From contig CAYZJA010000002.1 in the NCBI GenBank assembly GCA_964479005.1, positions 161,278-225,277 on the forward strand: a DNA stretch of 64,000 nucleotides, written 5' to 3'. Both the position numbers and the translations under genes were made by a program. Below the pieces are notes generated by a model. That model was not told the DNA's origin and made no database searches. It saw nothing but the letters and a program-made list of their open reading frames with translations. The DNA is from an uncultured Candidatus Saccharibacteria bacterium (GTDB lineage Bacteria; Patescibacteriota; Minisyncoccia; UBA6257). Positions 9,212 to 19,595 of this stretch are shown one piece after another (the stretch's first letter is position 1; each line of letters opens with the position of its first letter).

Positions 9212-9895
9212 ATGTTTAATACTATAGCTCAAGCTAGTTCCACTGCTTTGTTTGATTTATGGAATGGATTCATTTTGTTTTTACCTACTTTAATAGGAGG
9301 GTTTATAGTTTTTATTGTAGGTGTAATAATTGGTAATGGTATTGCCCAATTAGTAGAGAAATTGATTGATCTCTTAAAAATTGATCCAATTTTGGAAAAG
9401 GTTGGATTTAAACAAGTTACTGATAAAGCTGGCATTCGTTTAGACGTAGGATTTTTTGTAGGTCAGATTGTCAAGTGGTTAATTATCCTGTCGTTCTTAG
9501 TGGCTGCTTGCAATATCTGGAATTTGTCAGCTGTTGGTGATTTTATCAGAAGCATAGTTAATTATCTTCCAAATGTTTTAGTCGCGATCTTGATTCTTTT
9601 AGCGGCTATTGTTTTGGGAGAATATTTTGCTAAGTTTGTCCGCGCTTCTGTCGCAGGAGCTGGATTAAAATATCAGCACTTTCTAAGCGGTGTATCCCGT
9701 TGGGTATTTGTTATATTTGGACTCATAGCAGCTTTATCTCAATTACAAGTTGCTCCTTATATTATCAATACCTTCTTTACGGGAATTGTGGCTATGATGG
9801 CAATAGCCGGAGGTTTGTCATTCGGTTTAGGAGGAAAAGATTTAGCACGTGAATTATTGGCAAAGTTGAAAGGAGATTTAGAAGGAGGAGAGTAA
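9212..9895 (+). CDS. Polytopic membrane protein with internally duplicated TM-helix repeats (MscS N-terminal 'conserved TM helix'-like). Inserted between the spacer tRNAs and the 23S
   Basis: 227 aa. Two homologous halves, each with GxxxG-rich hydrophobic helices (…LIGGFIVFIVGVIIGNGIAQLVEKLIDLL… and …LVAILILLAAIVLGEYFAKFVRASV…). Confidence 0.5.
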   Translation: MFNTIAQASSTALFDLWNGFILFLPTLIGGFIVFIVGVIIGNGIAQLVEKLIDLLKIDPILEKVGFKQVTDKAGIRLDVGFFVGQIVKWLIILSFLVAACNIWNLSAVGDFIRSIVNYLPNVLVAILILLAAIVLGEYFAKFVRASVAGAGLKYQHFLSGVSRWVFVIFGLIAALSQLQVAPYIINTFFTGIVAMMAIAGGLSFGLGGKDLARELLAKLKGDLEGGE

Positions 9896-9898
9896 GAC

Positions 9899-9926
9899 TT
9901 GACAAATTATTTTTCTTTGCTATAAT
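9899..9926 (+). promoter_or_regulatory. rRNA promoter P1 (TTGACA, 16 nt, TATAAT)
   Basis: Consensus hexamers read directly, about 400 nt upstream of the 23S. Confidence 0.6.
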
Positions 9927-9947
9927 GGAAGTGCTGTTGTCTTGAGG

Positions 9948-9965
9948 TATATAGCTTGCTATATA
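9948..9965. promoter_or_regulatory. Perfect 8-bp inverted repeat TATATAGC-TT-GCTATATA between rRNA promoters P1 and P2 (candidate operator)
   Basis: Exact palindrome read directly from the sequence. Confidence 0.35.
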
Positions 9966-10010
9966 TTAAAGGGCAGCAGCATTTTTTTATACACAAAACT
10001 CAATAAGGGG

Positions 10011-10038
10011 TTGACTTTTAAAAAATATTTACTATAAT
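10011..10038 (+). promoter_or_regulatory. rRNA promoter P2 (TTGACT, 16 nt, TATAAT)
   Basis: Consensus hexamers. Followed by the conserved leader box TTTTAATTGCAACGTTCTT (10053-10070), which also lies downstream of the 16S promoter. Confidence 0.6.
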
Positions 10039-10183
10039 TAAAATACTTCTATTTTAATTGCAACGTTCTTGATTTATAATCAGAAAGTTGCAATAATAAG
10101 AAGGCTGAATAAAATATGAAAATCTTTAAAGAAAACTCTCAGAAACAAAGAAGTTGGTAGGTGTATTACACACGTATTTTAAC

Positions 10184-10208
10184 GCCACCACTTCATGGTG
10201 GCTTTTTT
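10184..10208 (+). promoter_or_regulatory. Terminator-like hairpin in the 23S leader (GCCACCA-CTTCA-TGGTGGC plus T6), presumably bypassed by antitermination
   Basis: 7-bp GC-rich stem plus a U tract, inside the leader. A boxA-like AAATCTTTAAAGAAAA lies upstream at 10119-10135. Confidence 0.4.
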
Positions 10209-10852
10209 AATCCAAGATTTTCTGACAGAGAGTTCACAAGAGATGACTGAACTTTGAAAACGACTGTCTTTAGTTTGTCTTTTCACTAAAGATGGGAAAG
10301 TTGTATTAAGGGCAGATGGTGGATGCCTTGACACAGTAAGGCGATGAAGGACGCGGCGTAGCTGCGATAAGCCTCGGGAAGGTGCGTAGTAACCTTTGAT
10401 CCGGGGATTTCCGAATGGGGCAACCCATTCCGATTAATATCGGAATATCCTGATTTTAATAATTAGGAGGCGTACCTGGGGAAGTGAAACATCTCAGTAC
10501 CCAGAGGAAAAGAAAACAATAAAATACATTTTACTACTGTTGTTTAGTACTGAATAGTAGCTAAATGTATTTGTGATTCCTTGAGTAGCGGCGAGTGAAA
10601 GAGGAGAAGCCTAAACCAAGCATTCAATTTATTGAGTATTTGGGGTTATAAGGTGGATGCGCGGAAGCTTCGGCTTTCAAAATTTAAATCATAATTAATT
10701 AAATTATCTGGAAAGATAAACCACAGAGGGTGAAAGTCCCGTAGATGAAAATTATTATTGAATTTAGTATCTTTTCTTAATTACCTCGGGGACAGATAAC
10801 CTTGAGGGAAGGATCCGGAACTATACCGGAAAGGCTAAATACTTACTGTGAT

Positions 10853-10898
<46 letters not shown>

Positions 10899-12456
10899 GA
10901 GGGGAGTGAAATAGAACCTGAAACCATTTTGCCTACAAGCAATCGAAGTCGAGCACTCAGTTTTCTGAGTGCTGGATAACGGTGTGCCTATTGAAGAATG
11001 AGCCGACGAGTTTATATCTACTGCTTAGATTAATTTCGTAAATCGAAAGTAGTCATAGGGAAACCGAGTGTTAATAGCGCGTCATTAATTCTTCTTTTTA
11101 TCTCGGTTTTCGGGATAAAAAGATTAATTAAAATGTAGTGGATATGAGACCCGAAGCCAGGCGAGCTTGCCATGACCAGGATGAACCCCATAGAAATATG
11201 GGTGGAGGTCCGAACCCGTGAGCCGTTCAATACTCTGGGATGAGTTGTGGTAAGGAGTGAAAAGCTAATCGAGCCTGGGAATAGCTGGTTCTCCCCGAAA
11301 TAGCTTTAGGGCTAGCGGGCTATTTATCCTTATGGGGGTAGAGCACTGGATGGTGTGTATAGGGCGAAAGCTCAGCTCACCAATCAAACTCCGAATACCA
11401 TTAAGGTTATGATAGCCTAGTTAGACTATGGGGGCGAAGCTCCATGGTCAAAAGGCAACGAATCCAGATCGCAGTTTAAGGTCCCTAAATTTTGGTTAAG
11501 TGCTGTCAAAGGTAGTAATTTACCATAGACAATTAGTAGGTTGGCTTAGAGGTAGCCATCCTTTAAAGAGTGTGTAACAACTCACTATTCGATCTTGATC
11601 TTCGGATCAAGGTGGTAAATTGCGCCGAAAATGTATCGGGGCTAAAACCAAATACCGAAAACGCGAATTTATCCCAACTAAGGTTGGGGTGAGTGGTAGG
11701 GGAGCGTTTCTTAAGCATTGAAGTTCATAACGTGAGTTTGGATGGAGCTTAAGGAAGTGAGAATGTCGGCATGAGTAACCACAATCCTGATGAGAATTCA
11801 GGACTCCGTAAACCTAAGGTTTCTTTGGCAATGACAATCAGCCAAAGGTTAGGCGGTCCTAAGGCAATGGCGAAAGCTGCAGCCGATGGACAGCCGGTTA
11901 ATATTCCGGCCCTTCCATTTTTTTCGATGGGATGACGGAGTGTAGTAGATCGAGCATCTTAGTGGTCTGATGTCTTCGACCGAGAGTGTGTGTCAGGCAA
12001 ATCCGGCGCATGGTCCCGATTTATCGGGACAACTTTCAGGGTAGAAGCGAATTAAGGTTTTTCCTTAATAAGTTGATCGAGCGCACTTCCAAGAAAAATC
12101 TCTAAGAATAGGAAAATGGAATCCGTACCGTAAACCAACACAGGTAGGTGAGGCGAGTAGCCTCAGGAGAACGAGTGATTCCTCGTTAAGGAACTCGGCA
12201 AAAAAGCGGGCGTAACTTCGGGATAAGCCCTTCCTACCTAAATTTTGCTTGCAAAGTTTAGGCAGGGCGCAGCGAAAGTTTCCCTGGCGACTGTTTACCA
12301 AAAACACAGGTCCCTGCGAAACCGTAAGGTGATGTATAGGGGCTGATGCCTGTCCGATGCCAGAAGGTTAAGAGCGTCGGTCATTTCGATTTATCGGAAT
12401 GGCTAAGTGCTTGAAGCCCTGGTCAATGACAGCGATAACTATAATCGTTCTAAGGT

Positions 12457-13172
12457 GGGATACTGCCTTAGTAAAATTCGGCTATATGCTGGAACATCTG
12501 GTGTATCCAAGACTACTATGGTATAATATGACCATAAAAATATGAGTTATAATATACCAAGTAACAATGTTTTTGGCGCAGACAATCAGCAGGAAAGACT
12601 CAGAATTGCTTATTGGATTTTAGGCTTTACTGATGGTGAAGGATGTTTTTCAATTGCTGTGATAGAGAACAAAACTACTAAATTTGGGAAACAGATTTTT
12701 CCTGAATTTGTAATTACACAAGGAGAAAAAAGTTTAACTGCATTAAAGAAAATTAAAAAATTCTTTGGTTGCGGAAACATTTTTATCAACAAACGATATG
12801 ATAATCATAATGAGAACTTATATCGTTATTGTGTACGTTCTTTACATGACTTAGATAAGAAAATAATTCCGTTTTTTGAAAAATATCAACTCCAAACGTA
12901 TAAGCAAAATGATTTTTTAATTTTTAAAAAAGTCATAAAATTCATGATAAAGAAAGAACATTTAACTGAAAAAGGCAGAAAGAAAATTCTTGTCCTCCTC
13001 AGTAAAATGAACCATAGAAAAAAGCGATTTTGAGAATCCTCAGAGACTATATGCCGAACTCCAATATTATATTGGAGAAGATATAGTCCGAACTGCATAG
13101 CGATATGCAGAAATAAGCAGAAATGTTTATTCGACCTTTAGATTGATTTTCTAGAGGTTAGTAACAAAATTG
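12457..13172 (+). mobile_element. Group I intron in 23S at the L1931-equivalent site (between CCUAAGGU and AGCGUAAUUCC, helix 69/70 region)
   Basis: Exon homology breaks after ...CGTTCTAAGGT and resumes at AGCGTAATTCCTTGTCGGGTAA. The upstream exon ends in U and the intron ends in G. Encloses a LAGLIDADG ORF. Confidence 0.8.
12542..13033 (+). CDS. LAGLIDADG homing endonuclease (single-motif, homodimer type), encoded in intron 1
   Basis: 163 aa with motif LGFTDGEGCF near the N-terminus. Lies inside a 23S intron. Confidence 0.8.
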   Translation: MSYNIPSNNVFGADNQQERLRIAYWILGFTDGEGCFSIAVIENKTTKFGKQIFPEFVITQGEKSLTALKKIKKFFGCGNIFINKRYDNHNENLYRYCVRSLHDLDKKIIPFFEKYQLQTYKQNDFLIFKKVIKFMIKKEHLTEKGRKKILVLLSKMNHRKKRF

Positions 13173-13833
13173 AGCGTAATTCCTTGTCGGGTAATTTCCG
13201 ACGTGCATGAAAGGTATAACGACTGGGGAACTGTCTCAACGAGGAGCTCGGTGAAAATGCGTGTCCAGCGAAGACGCTGGGTACCCGCAGCAAGACGAAA
13301 AGACCCTAGAAGCTTTACTACAGCTTGGTATTGAATTTAGTTTTAATCTGCGTAGCGTAGCGGGGAGACTTTGAAGTTTCGCTTTCGGGCGAGATGGAGT
13401 CGCCAATGAAACACCCGTCTTTTTGAAGCTATGTTCTAATCCCGACGGCAAAAACGTCGTGAGACAGTGCCTGGTGGGTAGTTTTCGTGGGGCGCGATCC
13501 TCCTAAAGAGTAACGGAGGAGCCTACTAAGGTTGGCTATCTGCCAATGGAAACGGCAGAGGTAGTGTAAAGGCAAAAGCCAGCTTTATAGTGAGGGAGAC
13601 ATCCCAAACTATTGCGAAAGCAGAGCTTAGTGACCCGATACGTCATTGTAGAATGCGTAGAGACGTCGGATAAAAGCTACTCTAGGGATAACAGGCTGGT
13701 GGAGCCCGAAAGTTCATATCGACGGCTCCGCTCGGCACCTCGATGTCGGCTCATCTTATCCTGGGGCTGAAGAAGGTCCCAAGGGTTTGGCTGTTCGCCA
13801 ATTAAAAAGATACGCGAGCTGGGTTCAGACCGT

Positions 13834-14561
13834 CGATTTGGCGGCCTAGAAGAGTAATCTTCTATGGAAAAAGTTGACTCATATAGATGAAACCCTATTA
13901 CATAAATTGTATTTTAACCTGTCGTGTGGTAGGATAATATCTAGGGAAGTTTAACTTTTTTAAACGTGAAACATCTTTCAAAGACTCAATGTGCTTATAT
14001 CGCTGGGTTTTTAGATGGTGACGGAAGTCTTTATATTAGGATTAAACCTAATAAGGATTATCGGTTTAACTATCAAATAGCCCCCAATATAGTATTTTAT
14101 CAATCCCAAAAAGGATGGTTATTTCTTCAGAAAATTAAAAAAATGATTAGCGCTGGTTATATGAGAAAAAGAAATGACGGGATTGCAGAATATATTATTG
14201 GTGATGTAGCAACAATGTCTTCTTTGTTGAAGCAAATATCTTCATTTCTGATATTTAAAAAGAAACAAGCACAATTGTTTCTAAGAATTCTTCAAAAGAA
14301 AACAAAGGTAAAAACAAAAGAAGATTTTATAGCTTTAGCTATAATGATTGATAAATTGGAAAAATTAAATTATTCCAAAAAAAGGCGCATTACTTCGCAA
14401 GTTGTTATCAACACGTTAAAAAAGTTGTAACCCCTTAGAGACTTGTTCTGGTTTTTACCAGAACGGAATAGAGATTTTTAATCTCTATTAATACGTCAAC
14501 CTCCTAATAAAATATTAGGATGATGGTATAGTCCATACATAAAGTAATTTATGATTATATG
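13834..14561 (+). mobile_element. Group I intron in 23S at the L2593-equivalent site (I-CreI target: ...GACCGU^CGUGAGACAG, in the peptidyl-transferase loop)
   Basis: Exon ...GGGTTCAGACCGT | intron | CGTGAGACAGGTCGG. The junction U/G rule is satisfied with the intron ending ...ATATG. Encloses a LAGLIDADG ORF. Confidence 0.8.
13966..14430 (+). CDS. LAGLIDADG homing endonuclease (I-CreI-like size), encoded in intron 2
   Basis: 154 aa with motif IAGFLDGDGS at residues 11-20. Lies inside a 23S intron at the I-CreI homing site. Confidence 0.8.
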   Translation: MKHLSKTQCAYIAGFLDGDGSLYIRIKPNKDYRFNYQIAPNIVFYQSQKGWLFLQKIKKMISAGYMRKRNDGIAEYIIGDVATMSSLLKQISSFLIFKKKQAQLFLRILQKKTKVKTKEDFIALAIMIDKLEKLNYSKKRRITSQVVINTLKKL

Positions 14562-14703
14562 CGTGAGACAGGTCGGCCTCTATCTGCTGTGGGCGTTCGA
14601 TACTTGAGGAGAGCTGATCGCAGTACGAGAGGACCCGATTGGACGAACCTCTGGTCTACCGGTTGTCCTGCCAAGGGCATCGCCGGGTAGCTATGTTCGG
14701 AAG

Positions 14704-14736
<33 letters not shown>

Positions 14737-14898
14737 CACTCCAAGATTAGGTATCGTTTCCCATTTATGGGAGTGAGATTCCTGGAAGATGACCAGGTTG
14801 ATAGGCTCTAGGTGGAAGTCCAGTAATGGATTAAGCCGAGGAGTACTAATTATCAAAGCAACTTTCCTATCTTTAGTGAAAAGAAATATTTTAAAATT

Positions 14899-15008
14899 CC
14901 GCTGGTGTTTTACTTAATTATGGTCCACCTCTTCCCATTCCGAACAGAGAAGTGAAAGTAATTAAGCCCGATGATACTCTTTTGGGGAAAGTAGGGTATG
15001 CCAGCGGT
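14899..15008 (+). rRNA. rrf: 5S ribosomal RNA
   Basis: Helix I CCGCTGGTG...GCCAGCGG, loop motifs CCGAACAGAGAAGTGAAAG and GGGAAAGTAGGGTATGCC. Sits 38 nt after the 23S 3' end. Confidence 0.85.
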
Positions 15009-15019
15009 TTTTTATTTTT

Positions 15020-15149
15020 AAATAAGTATTTCCCCCTTCTCTCCTGCATTCCAGCAGAGACAAACAATATTCACTCGCTCTGGAAGCCTTCCGGAATTTG
15101 TTTGTATCTCTGCTTCCATTAATGTCGTTCAGGAGCAAATACTTATTTA
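15020..15149. other. About 130-nt extended imperfect hairpin directly after the 5S: outer arms AAATAAGTATTT/AAATACTTATTT, then CTCCTG/CAGGAG, then AGCAGAGACAAACAA/TTGTTTGTATCTCTGCT
   Basis: Nested inverted repeats read directly. Followed at 15194-15212 by a second copy of the 5S 3' tail plus U-tract (ACCAGCGGTTTTTTTATTT). Confidence 0.5.
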
Positions 15150-15245
15150 TCTTAATATGTTATTGGTTTAAAAATTAAAAATTGGAAATTTAAAATTATA
15201 CCAGCGGTTTTTTTATTTGTATTTCTTATGATATAATAGCTAACA

Positions 15246-16598
15246 ATGGACAAACGATTAAGAAAACAAATTGTTATTGCTTTGGTATTTTTAGGCATTT
15301 TTTCGCTTATTGGCGGGGGAATTTATTTAACTCATCGTTCAGCTCCAACTTGTTTTGATAATAAGCGCAATCAAGGAGAAGAAGACGTAGATTGCGGAGG
15401 TCCTTGTATCTTGTGTGAATTAAAATACAATCCTCCACTTTCTTTAGCTGACTCTCCTGTTTTATTAGTTAATCAAGAAAATAAAGTTGACATCCTTTTT
15501 AAAATTACTAATTTAAGCCAGGAATGGGGAGCTCAAGAATTTTTTTACAAAGTGATTCTTATAGGATCTAACCAAGAGAAACAAGAATTTATTAAATCTG
15601 GATTTATTTTTCCTCACGAGATTAGATATTTTATAGTTCCTAACATTGCGGTAGCATTTGAACCTTCAGAAGCTGATATAGAAATTTTGACAGAAACAAT
15701 TGTATGGAATAAGCCATTATCAGGCATAGATCTTAATTTAGGAGATCCTTTTATTGTTACAAATACTAAAATAATAAAACCCCAGCCTATTCCCGGGGTT
15801 GATTATAATGTTTATACTTTTACAAAAACTCTTGTATTGGGAATGAAAGATGCAGAAGTTTTTAACCTTCAGAAGGTTCTTCGCCTGGACCCCGCTATTT
15901 ATCCTGAAGGTGAAGTAACTGGATATTTTGGAAAATTAACAGAAGCTGCGGTAAAAAGATTTCAGAAAAAATATGGTATCAGGACTACTGGTCAAGTTGG
16001 TCCTCAGACAAGAGCAAAACTTCATGAACTCTATGGACCTAGTGATATGGGGCCATTTAGCTATATTTTTACTTTAACTTTAAAAAAAGGGAATCGAGGT
16101 AATGAAGTGCTTAACTTACAAAGGGCGTTAATGTTGGATTCAACAGTTAGTCCTTTAGGCTCTATTACAGGTTATTTTGGGGAAATTACTGAAAAAGCAG
16201 TAAAAGATTTTCAGAGAAAATATGGTATTAGAATTACTGGTCAAGTTGGTCCATTAACAAGGGATAAATTAAATGAACTTTTTAGTGAACCTCCTGAGAC
16301 GATAACTGGTTTACCAGGAGAACAATTAGAACCTTTTGAAGCCACTTTGGAAGTTAAAGGTGATGTTTATAATAGCACTTCATATAATTGGCGAAATGGA
16401 AATATAGCTATAATTCTTTGTGATGATAAAAGAAAACCTGTTTCTGTAGGGACGACAGTTTTAGAAGATATTTATTCTGGCAAATCTTCTCAATTTGTTA
16501 TTCAATGGCACCAGAAATTACCTGATGATATTACTATTTGTGAGAAAATTACAAATATTAATATTTTAGATGCGGAAAATGTTTTCTTAACTCCTTAG
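15246..16598 (+). CDS. Membrane-anchored protein with two peptidoglycan-binding (PG_binding_1-type) repeats
   Basis: N-terminal TM segment. Two homologous repeats ...VFNLQKVLRLDPAIYPEGEVTGYFGKLTEAAVKRFQKKYGIRTTGQVGPQT... and ...VLNLQRALMLDSTVSPLGSITGYFGEITEKAVKDFQRKYGIRITGQVGPLT... Confidence 0.7.
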   Translation: MDKRLRKQIVIALVFLGIFSLIGGGIYLTHRSAPTCFDNKRNQGEEDVDCGGPCILCELKYNPPLSLADSPVLLVNQENKVDILFKITNLSQEWGAQEFFYKVILIGSNQEKQEFIKSGFIFPHEIRYFIVPNIAVAFEPSEADIEILTETIVWNKPLSGIDLNLGDPFIVTNTKIIKPQPIPGVDYNVYTFTKTLVLGMKDAEVFNLQKVLRLDPAIYPEGEVTGYFGKLTEAAVKRFQKKYGIRTTGQVGPQTRAKLHELYGPSDMGPFSYIFTLTLKKGNRGNEVLNLQRALMLDSTVSPLGSITGYFGEITEKAVKDFQRKYGIRITGQVGPLTRDKLNELFSEPPETITGLPGEQLEPFEATLEVKGDVYNSTSYNWRNGNIAIILCDDKRKPVSVGTTVLEDIYSGKSSQFVIQWHQKLPDDITICEKITNINILDAENVFLTP

Positions 16599-16614
16599 CT
16601 TGCGCAAATAAATT

Positions 16615-17691
16615 ATGTTTAAGACTGACTCTCTTTTGTTTTTCTCTCTCTTTATTTTGATTGCCCTAGGTTTATTAGTGTTATGGAGCATATCTTCTCA
16701 AGATGCTGCTCCTTTTTTTTCTTTTAAAAAACAACTGGTTCTTTTAGCAATAAGCATTTGCGCGTTTTTTGTTTTTTCCTTTTTGGATTGGCGAATTTTT
16801 AATTCTTCCCAATTAATTCTGATTTTATATCTTTCATCCTTAGTTTTATTAGTTGTTGTATTGTTTTTTGGAGACAAGAGCAGTGGGGTGGCTGGTTGGT
16901 TTAATTTTGGATCATTTAGTTTTCAGCCAATAGAAATAGCAAAACTTTCTTTAATTATAATATTAGCTAAATATTTATCATCTCGGCATTTGGAAATTTG
17001 GCGGTTCCGTCATCTATTAACCTCTGGGTTTTTTACTTTTACTCCAATGGCTTTAATTGCCGCCCAGCCTGATTTAGGCGGCGCAATGATATTTGGAGCA
17101 ATTTGGCTTGGTTTGGTATTTATAAGTGGAATCAGATTTAAACAAATCATTCTTTTAATTATTATTTTTGGCTTAGTAGCGGGTTTGTCCTGGAGTTTTC
17201 TTTTAAAACCTTATCAGCAATCCCGAATTCTTAGCTTTATATATCCGCAAGAGGATCCTTTAGGGGTTGGATATCATAGAGAACAGGCATTGATTGCCAT
17301 TGGCTCTGGCAGAATCTTTGGCAGAGATTTGGGTTGGGGCTCTCAAACAAATTTGCGTTTTTTACCATTAGCCAAGACTGATTTTATTTTTGCCTCTTTA
17401 GCTGAATCATTGGGTCTGTTTGGCGTTTCTGTGTTATTAGTCTGTTTTTTATTTATTTTTTATCGGTTGGTTATTTGGGCTAATACATTTTCTTATAATT
17501 TTTGCAAACTTTTTACTATTGGATTTACCATTAAATTGTTAATTGGGGTTTTTGTTAATATTGGAATGAATTTGGGACTGCTTCCTATTGTGGGAATAGC
17601 CCTACCTTTTATTTCCGCAGGAGGTTCTCATCTTTTAATAGATTTTATTGGCCTGGGGATAATAAACAGTATGATAATCCACCGTGCCTAA
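16615..17691 (+). CDS. ftsW: SEDS family peptidoglycan glycosyltransferase (FtsW/RodA)
   Basis: 10-TM protein with conserved ...LPLAKTDFIFASLAESLGLFG... and ...LPFISAGGSHLL... Confidence 0.85.
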   Translation: MFKTDSLLFFSLFILIALGLLVLWSISSQDAAPFFSFKKQLVLLAISICAFFVFSFLDWRIFNSSQLILILYLSSLVLLVVVLFFGDKSSGVAGWFNFGSFSFQPIEIAKLSLIIILAKYLSSRHLEIWRFRHLLTSGFFTFTPMALIAAQPDLGGAMIFGAIWLGLVFISGIRFKQIILLIIIFGLVAGLSWSFLLKPYQQSRILSFIYPQEDPLGVGYHREQALIAIGSGRIFGRDLGWGSQTNLRFLPLAKTDFIFASLAESLGLFGVSVLLVCFLFIFYRLVIWANTFSYNFCKLFTIGFTIKLLIGVFVNIGMNLGLLPIVGIALPFISAGGSHLLIDFIGLGIINSMIIHRA

Positions 17692-17730
17692 CTTTAAACT
17701 CTTAAACTTTTACACATTAAACGTTATATA

Positions 17731-18741
17731 ATGAAACAAGTGCAATTTATCAAAATCTCATTATTCATCATTGTTTGCGTATTAGTGCTATTTTTTTATA
17801 TATTAGTTAATTTTTCATTAACTTGTCAGGGAGAGTGTAATTTTTCAATAGAGAAAGGAGAAAACTTAAAAAGTATTGCCGATCGTTTAAGAAATCAAAA
17901 ATTTGTTTCTTCATCTATGTTGTTTCAATTTTACGTAAAAATAAAAGGTCAGGAAAAAAACATCAAAGCAGGAGATTATTCATTTATTTCACCTTTAACG
18001 ATTACTAACATAACCGAGATTATTACTAATGGAAAATTAACTAATAATAGTTTCCTCATAGCAGAAGGGGAGACAATGTTAGAGATAGAGGAAAATCTAA
18101 GAGAAAAAGGTCTAATTGATGCATTTTCATCATTAAAAGAATGGAAAACAGGGGATTTTCTTGAAAAAAAATATTTTGATATTTTTTCTGAAATTCCTAC
18201 CGATGTTTCATTAGAAGGGTATTTATTTCCTGATTCTTATCATTTACCCCAGGGATTAGAAGAAGAAGAAATTCTTTCAATGTTTATAGATAATTTTGTC
18301 GCAAAAACTGAAAATGATTTATTTTTTGAGATAAAAGAGCAAAAAAGAAGTTTTTATGAAATTTTAACAATGGCTTCTTTGTTGGAAAAAGAAGTTCGCG
18401 AAGAAACAGACAAAAGAATGGTAGCAGATATTCTTTGGAGGAGATTGGATACGAATTTTCTTCTTCAAGTTGACGCAACAATTTGTTATGCTGAATTTCA
18501 ATCATTTAAAAAATGTTCTCTTACCCGTGAATTATTTAAATTAGATTCTCCTTATAACACTTATCTTTATAAAGGATTACCGCCTACACCTATTAATAAT
18601 CCTGGAATAGAATCAATACAAGCAGCTTTAAATCCATTAGTAAATGATTATTGGTATTATATGACTGACAGAGAAACAGGAAAAACTATTTTTTCTGAAA
18701 CATTTGATGAACACTTAGAATCCCGCGGGAAATATCTATAG
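17731..18741 (+). CDS. mltG: Endolytic murein transglycosylase MltG (YceG family), full length
   Basis: N-terminal TM, KAGDYSF, LTMASLLEKE, LQVDATICYA, SPYNTYLYKGLPPTPINNPG. Confidence 0.85.
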   Translation: MKQVQFIKISLFIIVCVLVLFFYILVNFSLTCQGECNFSIEKGENLKSIADRLRNQKFVSSSMLFQFYVKIKGQEKNIKAGDYSFISPLTITNITEIITNGKLTNNSFLIAEGETMLEIEENLREKGLIDAFSSLKEWKTGDFLEKKYFDIFSEIPTDVSLEGYLFPDSYHLPQGLEEEEILSMFIDNFVAKTENDLFFEIKEQKRSFYEILTMASLLEKEVREETDKRMVADILWRRLDTNFLLQVDATICYAEFQSFKKCSLTRELFKLDSPYNTYLYKGLPPTPINNPGIESIQAALNPLVNDYWYYMTDRETGKTIFSETFDEHLESRGKYL

Positions 18742-18997
18742 GAATTTTTATTTGATTTAAATAGTTTGCTATGATATATTTCAGTTGAGGGACAATATCG
18801 TCCCCTAACTGAAATAACTATTTAATTAAAAATGGCTAAAAAAACAGAAAAGTTAAATATTACTAAGATCCAAGAAAAGATTACTCGGGCTAATTTGAAA
18901 TTATTTACTTCTTTGGATTATCAAAGAATACTTAATTTAGATTATCAGGCGGCAAAGAGAAGCATTACTCGCTACATTCACGCAGGGTTTTTAGTAA

Positions 18998-19483
18998 AAG
19001 CCAGAAAAGCTTATCCCATTGATTATTAAAAATATCTTGGAAGGGAAAAGTTTGCCAGTGTATGGAGATGGAAAGAATGTTAGAGATTGGATTTATGTTG
19101 AAGATCATTGCAAGGCAATAGATTTGGTTTTGGATAAAGGTAAATTAAGTGAAGTATATAATATAGGTGGATGTGATGAAAAACAAAATATAGAAATAGT
19201 TAAAATTCTTATAGACACAATCAAAGATTTGATAAAGAAAAATTCGGAATATCAGTTTATTTTAAAAACTGATTTATCTAATATTAATTATAATTTAATA
19301 GAATATGTAAAAGACAGAAAGGGTCATGATAAAAGATATGCTATAGATTCTACAAAAATAAAAAATGAACTCGGGTGGTTTCCCGAAACAAAATTTGGAG
19401 ATGGTATAGTTAAAACAATTAAATGGTATTTTGAAAATCAAGATTGGGTAGAAAACAAGCACGAGCTCTTCAAAAATATATAA
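18998..19483 (+). pseudogene. 3' fragment (about 160 codons) of a dTDP-glucose 4,6-dehydratase (rfbB) paralogue; a remnant with no N-terminal half
   Basis: The open frame begins right after a stop codon with ...[38 protein letters not shown]..., collinear with residues from about 190 onward of the intact RfbB at 30482-31501 ([38 protein letters not shown]). Apparent TTG start. Confidence 0.7.
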
Positions 19484-19595
19484 ATAATAAAGATACAGTG
19501 GCTGACCTTAGTTGTGGTATTGGAAGAGCACTAACTTTTCTTAAAGTTAAAAAAATTGTCGATTATTATAAAAATTTTAAGGAGGCAAAGAATTT

